This document shows positions 41,269-52,344 of a stretch of DNA of 64,000 nucleotides, one piece after another. Position 1 is the first letter of the stretch. Each line of letters opens with the position of its first letter. The translations under genes and the position numbers were made by a program. The notes below the pieces were generated by a model. It worked only from the letters and a program-made list of their open reading frames with translations, was not told the origin of the DNA and made no database searches. Source of the DNA: a bacterium (GTDB taxonomy: Bacteria; Patescibacteriota; CPR2; UBA1875; JAJYID01). The stretch covers positions 147,648-211,647 of the forward strand of contig JAJYLR010000001.1 in NCBI GenBank assembly GCA_021787535.1. The letters are read 5' to 3'.

Positions 41269-41535
41269 TATTTCAAGAGCCACAAGAACTTGTCTATGCA
41301 GAGAGCTTCTCTAAGTGCTGTTTTAGCCCATTTAGAAGGGAAATCTCACTTTTGGTATAGTTCGAATAACGTAGCACCTGGTCTCCTTTTGTTTTCAAGT
41401 TGCGAACTATTTACATGATATTTGCCTTGTCAGTATATTGATATTGCGTTATATGGGTAAGCATTTAGGCTAAACCGTGCTTGCTTCGTCAGCTTTCTTA
41501 TTGAAAATGTTAATGTTATATGTCAAGATATTGAT

Positions 41536-41982
41536 ATGATAAAGTGTCCATATTGCAGGGAAGATTTTAATGACGTCAAAAACAGCCGTTCGACATACAA
41601 TGGCTCGCAAGTTTGGCGGCGGAGACTCTGCCGGAAATGCGGCAAAACATTTACCACTTATGAGAAAGTGCGGCCGGACTTTCTTTTTGTCATTAAAAAA
41701 TCGGGAAGAAAAGAAAGGTATTCTCGCGAAAACATCTACTCAGGTATTTATCGCGCTGCTCTGGACTGGAAGGATAAGGAAAAGATTGTCAACAAGATAG
41801 TAGATATAGTCGAGTCGAAAATCCTGGATCTTGGGGAAAAGGAGGTAAAGACATCTGAGATTTCAGACATAGTCCTGAAAGTCTTGAAGCACTCAAACAT
41901 TAAAACATTTGTTCGCTTTCTAACATACAACAAACAGCCGCAAGGTGAGGAGGAGTTCACCAAACTCTTTAGAAAATACTAG
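41536..41982 (+). CDS. nrdR: Transcriptional repressor NrdR
   Basis: CPYC, WRRRLCRKCGKTFTTYE, ATP-cone VIKKSGRKE. Confidence 0.9.
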   Translation: MIKCPYCREDFNDVKNSRSTYNGSQVWRRRLCRKCGKTFTTYEKVRPDFLFVIKKSGRKERYSRENIYSGIYRAALDWKDKEKIVNKIVDIVESKILDLGEKEVKTSEISDIVLKVLKHSNIKTFVRFLTYNKQPQGEEEFTKLFRKY

Positions 41983-42075
41983 TTTTGTTGTATAATTGCT
42001 TTAGAAGTCAAAGAAAATCGGAGGCAAACTCTGATTTTTTAAACTCGTATCTTGATATAGGAAGGCGGACAAATC

Positions 42076-42276
42076 ATGAAAAGTTTTGTGATCGGCTTTA
42101 CTCTGATAGTTATAACTGTGTTACTGACTATCATATTTAATGTGACAAATGTTGTTCCGGGCTCATTCCTGCATTTCATTATAGCTTCTGTTGCATTCGC
42201 ATCACTGATTATCGGTATATGGTTTATATATGGTTGGTTTGACTCAAAACTATTTCCAAAAAAAGGGGGTCAGTAA
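42076..42276 (+). CDS. Small 2-TM hypothetical protein
   Basis: Hydrophobic ORF, first of a tightly packed cluster. Confidence 0.6.
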   Translation: MKSFVIGFTLIVITVLLTIIFNVTNVVPGSFLHFIIASVAFASLIIGIWFIYGWFDSKLFPKKGGQ

Positions 42277-42277
42277 G

Positions 42278-42499
42278 GTGAAAAAGATTTTGTTGGTTAT
42301 ATGGCTCCTAGTGCTGGCTGAGGTAGTTACATTTATTATCCCGCCTCATTTTGAGCAGAAAGCTGATCTGTCTTTTGAGGCCTGGCTAGTTCTCGGTCTC
42401 ATGCCCGGCAGCTTTGGGTTGGGTCTCCTGTTTGCATGGTTGCCCCCAAGGGAAAAAAAGAGCGGTTCTGGCCGTGTTTGGTCTCGTCCGATGCGATAA
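42278..42499 (+). CDS. Small 2-TM hypothetical protein
   Basis: GTG 1 nt after the upstream stop; hydrophobic. Confidence 0.55.
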   Translation: MKKILLVIWLLVLAEVVTFIIPPHFEQKADLSFEAWLVLGLMPGSFGLGLLFAWLPPREKKSGSGRVWSRPMR

Positions 42500-42517
42500 T
42501 TAAAACGGAGGTGAGTG

Positions 42518-42721
42518 ATGGCGCTAGACCCTGAGAAACCTTCTAGTATTTGCCATAATCCGGACTCTGTATTTTACGAGACCGAGCCATGTGAGTGCGC
42601 GTCCTGCAAATTCACCAATGATAGCCATCGTTGCGTGGATGATCCGTGTAATGGATGCGAAGAACCGACAGTTGATTGCGGTATTTCAGAACAAATCAAA
42701 AAAGAAGAAAGAGGCGAATGA
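42518..42721 (+). CDS. Small Cys-rich hypothetical protein
   Basis: GGAGGTG RBS; 8 Cys. Confidence 0.55.
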   Translation: MALDPEKPSSICHNPDSVFYETEPCECASCKFTNDSHRCVDDPCNGCEEPTVDCGISEQIKKEERGE

Positions 42722-42722
42722 A

Positions 42723-43034
42723 ATGGCAATATTCAAACCCAATGCGTCCAGGGAAACAAAAGTTCTGATAACGGGATTTCTGATGACTTTTCTGGGGGTT
42801 GTCGCAGTCATTGCGATCGTGGCTCTTTTCCCCGATCAGTATGAAATGCCATTCATCCCCGTATCCGTGCTAAGCTTGCCTGGGTTAGCTTTGATGCTGA
42901 TCTTCTGGTTCAAAGCGCCTAAGTATGCTTGCAAATATGACAGGGGACTCTGTGATGGGCACTGCAGAGACAAAAAACAGCGCATCATTTGTCCTGAATA
43001 TGGCAAATGTTCAGAACATGATTTAAGCGGATGA
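42723..43034 (+). CDS. 2-TM protein with C-terminal Cys cluster
   Basis: GAGG RBS; two TMs, then C..CDGHC..CPEYGKC. Confidence 0.6.
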   Translation: MAIFKPNASRETKVLITGFLMTFLGVVAVIAIVALFPDQYEMPFIPVSVLSLPGLALMLIFWFKAPKYACKYDRGLCDGHCRDKKQRIICPEYGKCSEHDLSG

Positions 43035-43050
43035 CCGGAAGGAGGACTAG

Positions 43051-43242
43051 ATGTCCAAGAGGTTATTTCTACGGACTATGGAACTTGTCTTGGCGATCAT
43101 TTTGATCGTACTGGCCTGGCAATATGTCGATTTCATCAGGATTAAACCCTTCTGGGGAAGTGCTAGTCTGATTCTTTGGACTGTCGGTGTGCCAATGGCT
43201 ATCATGAAAAATCGGGCTATGCATCATATACGAGGTGAGTGA
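43051..43242 (+). CDS. Small 2-TM hypothetical protein
   Basis: AGGAGG RBS. Confidence 0.6.
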   Translation: MSKRLFLRTMELVLAIILIVLAWQYVDFIRIKPFWGSASLILWTVGVPMAIMKNRAMHHIRGE

Positions 43243-43499
43243 AGTTGATGACCAGAGGAGAATTGTTTAAAGCCAAGTACGGCCTTAGCTTGAGCGGGGT
43301 ATTTTGGTTTATGACTGTCTTTATTCTGGTGATTGTGGCGATGATCGGATTAGCTTTAGTATTCGCTGATCTCAACCATCATTACTTCGTTCAAGCGGTG
43401 GGTTTTCTCATTGTTTCCGGTGTATTGGCAGTCTGCCTTTTCATTCTCGGATTCATAGCCCGCCGGTACGATCGCCAGCCAATTAAGAGAGTGAGGTGA
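43239..43499 (+). CDS. Small 2-TM hypothetical protein
   Basis: Overlapping GTGA start/stop; GAGG RBS. Confidence 0.6.
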   Translation: MKLMTRGELFKAKYGLSLSGVFWFMTVFILVIVAMIGLALVFADLNHHYFVQAVGFLIVSGVLAVCLFILGFIARRYDRQPIKRVR

Positions 43500-43505
43500 G
43501 GGAAG

Positions 43506-43652
43506 GTGAAAGATAGTCAAGAAGGAACGCGGGGTGAAAATTCAGATGTTTCGGTTGAGTACCAAACCGTAGACCCTGCCTGCGAGATGTGTATGCTGGA
43601 ATGCGAGAGGTGTGGACTTGGCATTCCACTTGAAAAGCAGGGGAATCGGTGA
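43506..43652 (+). CDS. 48-aa Cys-containing peptide (not in ORF track)
   Basis: GAGG-rich RBS, GTG start, CEMCMLECERC, followed by a strong hairpin. Confidence 0.45.
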   Translation: MKDSQEGTRGENSDVSVEYQTVDPACEMCMLECERCGLGIPLEKQGNR

Positions 43653-43666
43653 AACGCTCGCTTTTA

Positions 43667-43701
43667 TGGCGGGGACAAGAGAAGTGGTCTTGTCCCCGCC
43701 A
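43667..43701 (+). terminator. Strong hairpin, likely terminator of the small-ORF cluster
   Basis: TGGCGGGGACAAGA-loop-TCTTGTCCCCGCCA. Confidence 0.6.
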
Positions 43702-43961
43702 CAGAGGGGACTTTTTTGAAAAAAGAGTCCTTTTTTTCTTTTTATGAAAGAAGGTCGGATCTTTCTAGTACCCGCCAGGTCCGAACCTCAAAACAAATCC
43801 AAAATAGATTCCCGACTTCACGGAATAACAGAAAGGTTGCAAAAGTATTGTCAAACCTCGCCAAAATCTGTATAATGGAGAGGTTTCTGGCGCCTCCTGC
43901 AAACGGGGGAATGGATTTTTGGCTTACACAGTGCATAAATTTTTAATATTTTGAGGGCAAT

Positions 43962-46786
<2,825 letters not shown>

Positions 46787-46787
<1 letters not shown>

Positions 46788-47545
46788 TGGCTTATTTTCG
46801 TGAAAGAAATAAATTGCATATTGAATACTCTGGTAATGAAGAAGTGTCTGAAAGCTTGAGAAATAGACTGATAGCTATACATAAAAAATATACTAATTAT
46901 TCTACCAATTATGGTCGATATATTAAGAAAACGAATTTAGAGCATGAGCTTCTGATTCATCTAGAAAACTCAGATTATATTAACATCTTATGCAATGAAC
47001 CTTATGATTCTGTTTTTGAAGCAGTAGAAATTTTCATTGAGCTAGCAGGAAAGGATGCTCATAACAATATTGGTGCTATTATTGTTGAGATCGAAAGAGC
47101 CTTTCTTTTGTCCGGAAGTGTTTATGAGATTGACAAACAATGTCAAATTTCCCTAAAAGTAGACCGAAAAACAGCAGAAAGATTAAATGATATTGAAGCC
47201 ATTTTTGATCAGGATGCTAAGGAAAAATTTTTTGATTCAGTTGGTAAATTTCTATCTCGGAAGTTAGCACCCAAGGACACAATTAAAGATGTTTTTGTCG
47301 CCTTTGAAGATTATTTGAAAGAAAAGTTAGCTGTAAAGGACTATTCAAAAGCGATCGAAAAGCTGAAAAAAGAAGGAATAATTTCAAATACTCAAAAGGC
47401 TTTATTAGAAAAAATTTATGCTTATAGGTCTGATACTTATGGTGTCACTCATGCTGGTAACTCCGAAGAACCAAAAGAACTAGAAGCAGTTTGGTTTATA
47501 GATACTGTTTCGGCGCAAATTATTTATCTTTCCAAGAAAATTTAG
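46787..47545 (+). CDS. AbiJ-like protein with putative C-terminal HEPN motif
   Basis: N-terminal YFRERN...EVSESLRNRL; C-terminal YAYRSDTYGVTHAG...EAVWF; AT-rich. Confidence 0.55.
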
Positions 47546-47655
47546 TTGTTTTGGCACAGAAAAAAGGAACAAAAATTTGGTAAAGTGGACGCAGAAAAAT
47601 TTTTTTGAAACAAAGCCAAAATACGGTATAATTATAAGGTAATAAAGGATTCCCT

Positions 47656-48174
47656 ATGGGTTTTCAAGAACAAATCATAGCTACTTTTATTGGTGCACTT
47701 TCAGGTTTTATTTTTTCAATAGCGGTTTTTTATATAACAGAAAAAATTAGACAAGCAAATTATAACTCTAATCTGGCAAAAAATATTCAAAAAGAAGCCG
47801 ATTTCAACGTTAGTTTACTTGATACCATCAAAGAAGAAATTGACGAACTACTAAGAAAAATCTCAGCAAATGATGCCGGCCATATTTATACAATATTTAA
47901 ATATGATCAATTACAGAAAAACTTTCTCCAACAAGCTCTTTGGAATGGTTACTTATACGAAAAGTTGGAAACAGAAGATATATATAAAGTTCAAGAAATG
48001 TGGAGCTTTTTTATGCCGTCTTCCAATCAGTTCGATATAGGTAACGTTGAGCTACTAAAGTCCGGGCAAATGACTCAAGCTGATGCCCTGAATCGTTTTG
48101 AATATGTTAAGAAGAAAATCATAGAATTTAAAAAATTTAATAAAGATCTGAAAAAGAAATTCACGAACAAATAG
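47656..48174 (+). CDS. Hypothetical protein with N-terminal TM
   Basis: IATFIGALSGFIFS TM followed by a helical domain; AT-rich. Confidence 0.7.
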   Translation: MGFQEQIIATFIGALSGFIFSIAVFYITEKIRQANYNSNLAKNIQKEADFNVSLLDTIKEEIDELLRKISANDAGHIYTIFKYDQLQKNFLQQALWNGYLYEKLETEDIYKVQEMWSFFMPSSNQFDIGNVELLKSGQMTQADALNRFEYVKKKIIEFKKFNKDLKKKFTNK

Positions 48175-48491
48175 ACGGACATATCAAGATCGCTTGACTG
48201 TTTTGTTTCTCAACCCCGATTTAATTTTTGTGCTAAAAACCCTAAACCCCAAGTGACACAAACTTTGCCTACCCTCCTTCACCAAGGTTACGGGCGGACA
48301 GGTCGTCCAACTTTGTGTCACCTCAACTCCCGCATTTGTGCTAAAGAGATTCAGAGAAGAGTATAAAACACAAAATACAAAACACGGCATGGTGGCATTT
48401 CTGTACGATCACTCCTAAAGAAATAACCTTCAGTTCAATTCTGTGCTAAAATAGGAGGTGTAGTTTAGTGTTGCATAAATAATTTGAACAT

Positions 48492-50045
48492 ATGGATGTG
48501 AAAAGGGAAGTTAAAAAATTGCCGGCGAGTCCGGGGGTATACATTTACCGCAACTCGCGGGGCAGAATAATCTATATTGGCAAAGCGATTTCAATTCGTC
48601 ATCGGGTGAGCCAGTATTTTCAAGATGCGCGGGGATTGGATGATAAGACGCGGAGGCTGGTGCCCGAGATAGCCAAGATTGAATATATAAAGACAGGTTC
48701 TGAGGTAGAGGCATTAATCTTGGAAGCGGAGCTCATCAAGCGCTACAAGCCGAAGTTTAACATCCAGTGGAAGGACGATAAAAACTATGTCTATATCAAA
48801 ATCACGGCTGAGGATTACCCGCAGGTATCTTTGGTTAGACAGATCGTAGACGATAAAGCGCGCTACATCGGTCCCTTTGTCAGTGCCGGAGCGGTAAGAG
48901 GGCTTCTGAGATATGTCCGGAGGATATTTATGTTTAGGCATTGTGAGAACATGCCTCAGAAAGTTTGCCTGCAATACTCTATCGGCAACTGTACGGGTCC
49001 GTGCCAAAAATACATAACAAAGGCCGAATACAACAAAAACATTCGCAGGATGATCAAGCTTTTTCAGGGTAAGACCAAGGAGATTGAGAGGGAATTTAGT
49101 CGGGAGATGAAGCAGGCAGCTAAGAATGAGGATTTTGAGAAGGCGGCCATGTATAGGAATAGGTTGATGTGGTTGAAAAAGATTAAAACGATCGAGCTAG
49201 ATAAAGAAGATTTTGATTCCGGACAAGCCAGAATGACGAGGGATAAGGGATTAATCGGTTTGCGGGACGCACTGGACCTTGGCTCGGTTCCGAAGCGGAT
49301 AGAGTGTTATGACATCTCTAATATATTCGGAAAAGCGGCGGTGGGCTCAATGGTAGTTTTTATAGACGGGCTGCCGGATAAAGCGCACTACAGGAGGTTT
49401 GAGATTAAGACGGTAGATAAGATTTCGGATACTGATATGATCAAGGAAGTTCTCTCGAGAAGGTTCAGAAAATTCACCGATTCTGGACAAGCCAGAATGA
49501 CAAAGCAAAGGGATTCTTCGCGGAGTTTATCCGTCTTTGGCGGGCTTAGAATGACAGGGAAGGATAGCGTGGACAAATCTTTTACTCAAGTACCTGACCT
49601 CATTATCATCGACGGCGGGAAGGGCCAGCTGTCGGTGGCGGAGAAGGCGCTCAATGAGTATAGCCTGCATCTAAACTTGGTGTCGCTTGCCAAAAGGCGC
49701 GAGGAGATATTCAAGAAGGATTATGGTCAAGCCAGAATGACGAGGGTAGGCAAGCAAAACGGAAATTTTCAGAAAATTACACTGCCGGAAGGCTCTGAGA
49801 GCTTGTATTTGGTTCAGCGCATTCGTGATGAGGCACACAGATTTGCCATAACTTATCACAGAAGCAAGCGCGGCAAGGAGATGGAAGCGTCAAATCTGGA
49901 TGCCATATCTGGTATTGGCCCAAAAACCAAAAAAAAGCTTCTTAGAAATTTTGGTTCACTTGAAAACATAAGAAAAGCATCAAAAGAAGATTTAGCCGAG
50001 ATAGTCGGCGGGAAACTGGCTCAAAAGATCAAAGAAAAACTTTAG
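48492..50045 (+). CDS. uvrC: Excinuclease ABC subunit C
   Basis: GIY-YIG (PGVY..IYIGKA), ECYDISN, IDGGKGQ, RDEAHRFA, HhH motif GIGPK. Confidence 0.96.
   Translation: MDVKREVKKLPASPGVYIYRNSRGRIIYIGKAISIRHRVSQYFQDARGLDDKTRRLVPEIAKIEYIKTGSEVEALILEAELIKRYKPKFNIQWKDDKNYVYIKITAEDYPQVSLVRQIVDDKARYIGPFVSAGAVRGLLRYVRRIFMFRHCENMPQKVCLQYSIGNCTGPCQKYITKAEYNKNIRRMIKLFQGKTKEIEREFSREMKQAAKNEDFEKAAMYRNRLMWLKKIKTIELDKEDFDSGQARMTRDKGLIGLRDALDLGSVPKRIECYDISNIFGKAAVGSMVVFIDGLPDKAHYRRFEIKTVDKISDTDMIKEVLSRRFRKFTDSGQARMTKQRDSSRSLSVFGGLRMTGKDSVDKSFTQVPDLIIIDGGKGQLSVAEKALNEYSLHLNLVSLAKRREEIFKKDYGQARMTRVGKQNGNFQKITLPEGSESLYLVQRIRDEAHRFAITYHRSKRGKEMEASNLDAISGIGPKTKKKLLRNFGSLENIRKASKEDLAEIVGGKLAQKIKEKL
49215..49741. 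repeat. Four REP-like units in frame within uvrC
   Basis: Units at 49215-49237, 49479-49502, 49511-49556 and 49719-49741, each ending GAATGAC and read as RMT. Confidence 0.92.
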
Positions 50046-50108
50046 AACAAGTATAATTGACAAAACATCTCCTGAAATATAAACTGAGTCCATTTACAAG
50101 GAAGAATA

Positions 50109-51077
50109 ATGAAAAAAGTAGTTGTGATTGGGGGAGGTACAGGTAACTATGTAGTGCTCTCCGGACTGAAAAAATATGATCTGGATATTTCAGCAATTGT
50201 CAGCATGGCAGATGATGGAGGATCTACAGGTATTTTGCGTGACGAAATGGGAGTATTGCCCCCCGGGGATGTCAGGCAATGTCTGGTAGCTCTCTCTGAG
50301 TCATCTAAAGAACTTCGGGAACTTTTTAACTATCGTTTTGAAACCGGCAAATTGGCCGGCCATAGCTTTGGGAATTTATTTTTATCAGCCCTTGAAAAAA
50401 TTGCCGGGAGTTTTGGACAAGCTGTCGAAGAGGCTGAGAAGATATTATGTACCAAAGGCAGGGTGTTGCCGGTCACTTATGACGAGGTTGTTCTGCAAGC
50501 TGATCTCGGAAATGGCCGGATAGTAAAAGGACAGATGAATATTGATAAGATAGGAATGTATAAATATCCGGATAAAAAGCTTTTTATAAAACCGCCGGCA
50601 AAGATTAATCCTGACGCTGATAGAGCGATCAGAGAAGCGGATCTGGTTGTAATTGCTCCGGGATCTCTATACTCAAGTTTACTTCCCAACTTGCTGGTCG
50701 AAGGGGTGCCAAATGCTCTCAAGCAGACGAAAGCCAGAGCCCTATATATTTGTAACTTAGTTAATAAACCAAATGAAACCCGGGGTTATACGGTTTGTGA
50801 CTATGTCGCAGAACTTGAAAAAGCAGGGCATAGAGAAATCGACATGGTGATTTATAATACCAAGAAACCAAAAAACAAAGTACTCGAAAGATATGTTAAG
50901 CAAAATGAGCTTTTGGTGGGAGAATGCCAGGCATCTTCCAGATATAAATTGCTTGAAGATGACGTATTGAAAGACGCTATCACTTCTCAGAAGAAAGGCG
51001 ATTTAATGAATCGGTCTTTCATCCGCCACGACAGCGATAAACTGGCATCTATCATTATGAATATTCTGGAGGAGTAA
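50109..51077 (+). CDS. yvcK: YvcK/GlmR (CofD-like) UDP-sugar-binding protein
   Basis: IGGGTG, DDGGSTG, PPGD.R, GHSFGN, PGSLYSS, RHD. Confidence 0.92.
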   Translation: MKKVVVIGGGTGNYVVLSGLKKYDLDISAIVSMADDGGSTGILRDEMGVLPPGDVRQCLVALSESSKELRELFNYRFETGKLAGHSFGNLFLSALEKIAGSFGQAVEEAEKILCTKGRVLPVTYDEVVLQADLGNGRIVKGQMNIDKIGMYKYPDKKLFIKPPAKINPDADRAIREADLVVIAPGSLYSSLLPNLLVEGVPNALKQTKARALYICNLVNKPNETRGYTVCDYVAELEKAGHREIDMVIYNTKKPKNKVLERYVKQNELLVGECQASSRYKLLEDDVLKDAITSQKKGDLMNRSFIRHDSDKLASIIMNILEE

Positions 51078-51078
51078 A

Positions 51079-51207
51079 ATGAAAAAGGATTGGGAAGAGG
51101 AAGAAGAAAATCTCAAAAACCCCCGCAAGAGAAAAACGGAGAAAAAGAAAATGAAAGTTTCGGGGAAGGGTGTTTTTAAGATACAGAAACAGTTGAAGAA
51201 GAAATAG
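51079..51207 (+). CDS. 42-aa basic small protein (not in ORF track)
   Basis: GGAGGAG RBS; ATG 1 nt after the yvcK stop; MKKDWEEEEENLKNPRKRK... Confidence 0.5.
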   Translation: MKKDWEEEEENLKNPRKRKTEKKKMKVSGKGVFKIQKQLKKK

Positions 51208-51216
51208 GTTGAGTTC

Positions 51217-51241
51217 GTCATTCTGGCTTATCCAGAATCTA
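51217..51241. repeat. REP-like unit
   Basis: GTCATTCTGGCTTATCCAGAATCTA, the reverse complement of the DSGQARMT-type unit. Confidence 0.85.
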
Positions 51242-51494
51242 TTGTTAAAAAATATTTATTTTTCAACTTTTGGCAGCAAAAGTTAAGCAAAACTGCCGAC
51301 TAGGGCGGCGACAAAGTGTCTCATTTCGTCTCGTTCGGGTTTGAAAAACCACAACTCCTTTCAGTCGGGTTAAAACCAAGTGGTCTTTTCAAATTCTTCA
51401 CTCATCTCATGCTCGCTTTGTCTTCGATAGTCGGAATTATTTAGATTAAAGCATTTAGATGTACTTATGTATCTTTTTCTGCTAGACTTTGGAA

Positions 51495-51595
51495 ACAATT
51501 CCCGGAGATACCGGGTCGGCCCGAAAGGGTTAAGGTGGTTCTCTGCCACGTAACAGAGAAAGGATTCCCTGCCTAAATAGGGAAAAAGGAGGTGG
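51495..51595 (+). ncRNA. Candidate structured leader RNA
   Basis: Consecutive hairpins including a GAAA tetraloop, a possible pseudoknot and an RBS-proximal stem. Confidence 0.4.
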
Positions 51596-51600
51596 CTTAA

Positions 51601-52002
51601 ATGGCCACGGCACTTACAGAATGTTTATTTGTCGTACCTGAAGGGTTCTCATTTCGTCACAAGTACAAGTGCGACCAGGGGCCGAGCGATAACCTGATCG
51701 ACGCTTCGCACAAAGCTACGAAAGAGCCAGGTTTCGAACATGATATAGAGTTTAAGGGGCGTCTGGCTTTCTATACCGATTATAATGTTGGTGACCATAA
51801 TCACTGGAGGTATGTAGAGCTGACGAAGAAAGAGGGCAAACTCAAGAGGTACAGGTACTACTGCTATCCTTTGGCTGTTCAATGGCTACCAAAGAACAGA
51901 GCACATCTCCTATGTTTGGAAACATCCGGTGTAATATTGATCATTAAAAATTACAACTACCGGAACGGCAAGGGTGATGTCTATGTTTACAGCCAGTTTT
52001 AG
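51601..52002 (+). CDS. Hypothetical protein
   Basis: AAGGAGGT RBS; terminator-like hairpin at 52020-52068. Confidence 0.65.
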   Translation: MATALTECLFVVPEGFSFRHKYKCDQGPSDNLIDASHKATKEPGFEHDIEFKGRLAFYTDYNVGDHNHWRYVELTKKEGKLKRYRYYCYPLAVQWLPKNRAHLLCLETSGVILIIKNYNYRNGKGDVYVYSQF

Positions 52003-52113
52003 GCCAAGAGCTTAATCGTCCCACCAAGTAATGCGGAGAAATCCGCCTTACGAGGTGGGTTTCTTTTTGGAAATAAATTTACTTCATTCGCTTTTTCTGC
52101 TAGAATTACACTC

Positions 52114-52338
52114 ATGCAAAAAGAGATTCTGACAATTGTCATTATAATATCGGCGATCATTATGTGCGTTTCAATCCTGATGCAAAAACAAGAAGGGGGA
52201 CTGGGGTCGGCCTTTGGCGGTGGTGATAGCGGCAGTTATATGAAAAAAAGAGGTGCGGAAAAGATAGTTTTCTATTTAACTATTATCTCGGCTATTGTCT
52301 TTATCGGGACGATTCTGCTCACATTTGTGCTTAAATAA
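52114..52338 (+). CDS. secG: Preprotein translocase subunit SecG
   Basis: ILMQ..EGGLGSAFGG...RGAEK; two TMs. Confidence 0.92.
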   Translation: MQKEILTIVIIISAIIMCVSILMQKQEGGLGSAFGGGDSGSYMKKRGAEKIVFYLTIISAIVFIGTILLTFVLK

Positions 52339-52344
52339 GTTGGA

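Noticed and set aside
43716-43946. ORFs upstream of uvrA and a LexA/SOS box
   Set aside because: The region is hairpin/promoter DNA; no convincing known LexA consensus was seen.
51530-51565. tmRNA (pseudoknot resembles PK1 topology)
   Set aside because: No tRNA-like 5'/3' ends, tag reading frame or further pseudoknots are recognisable.
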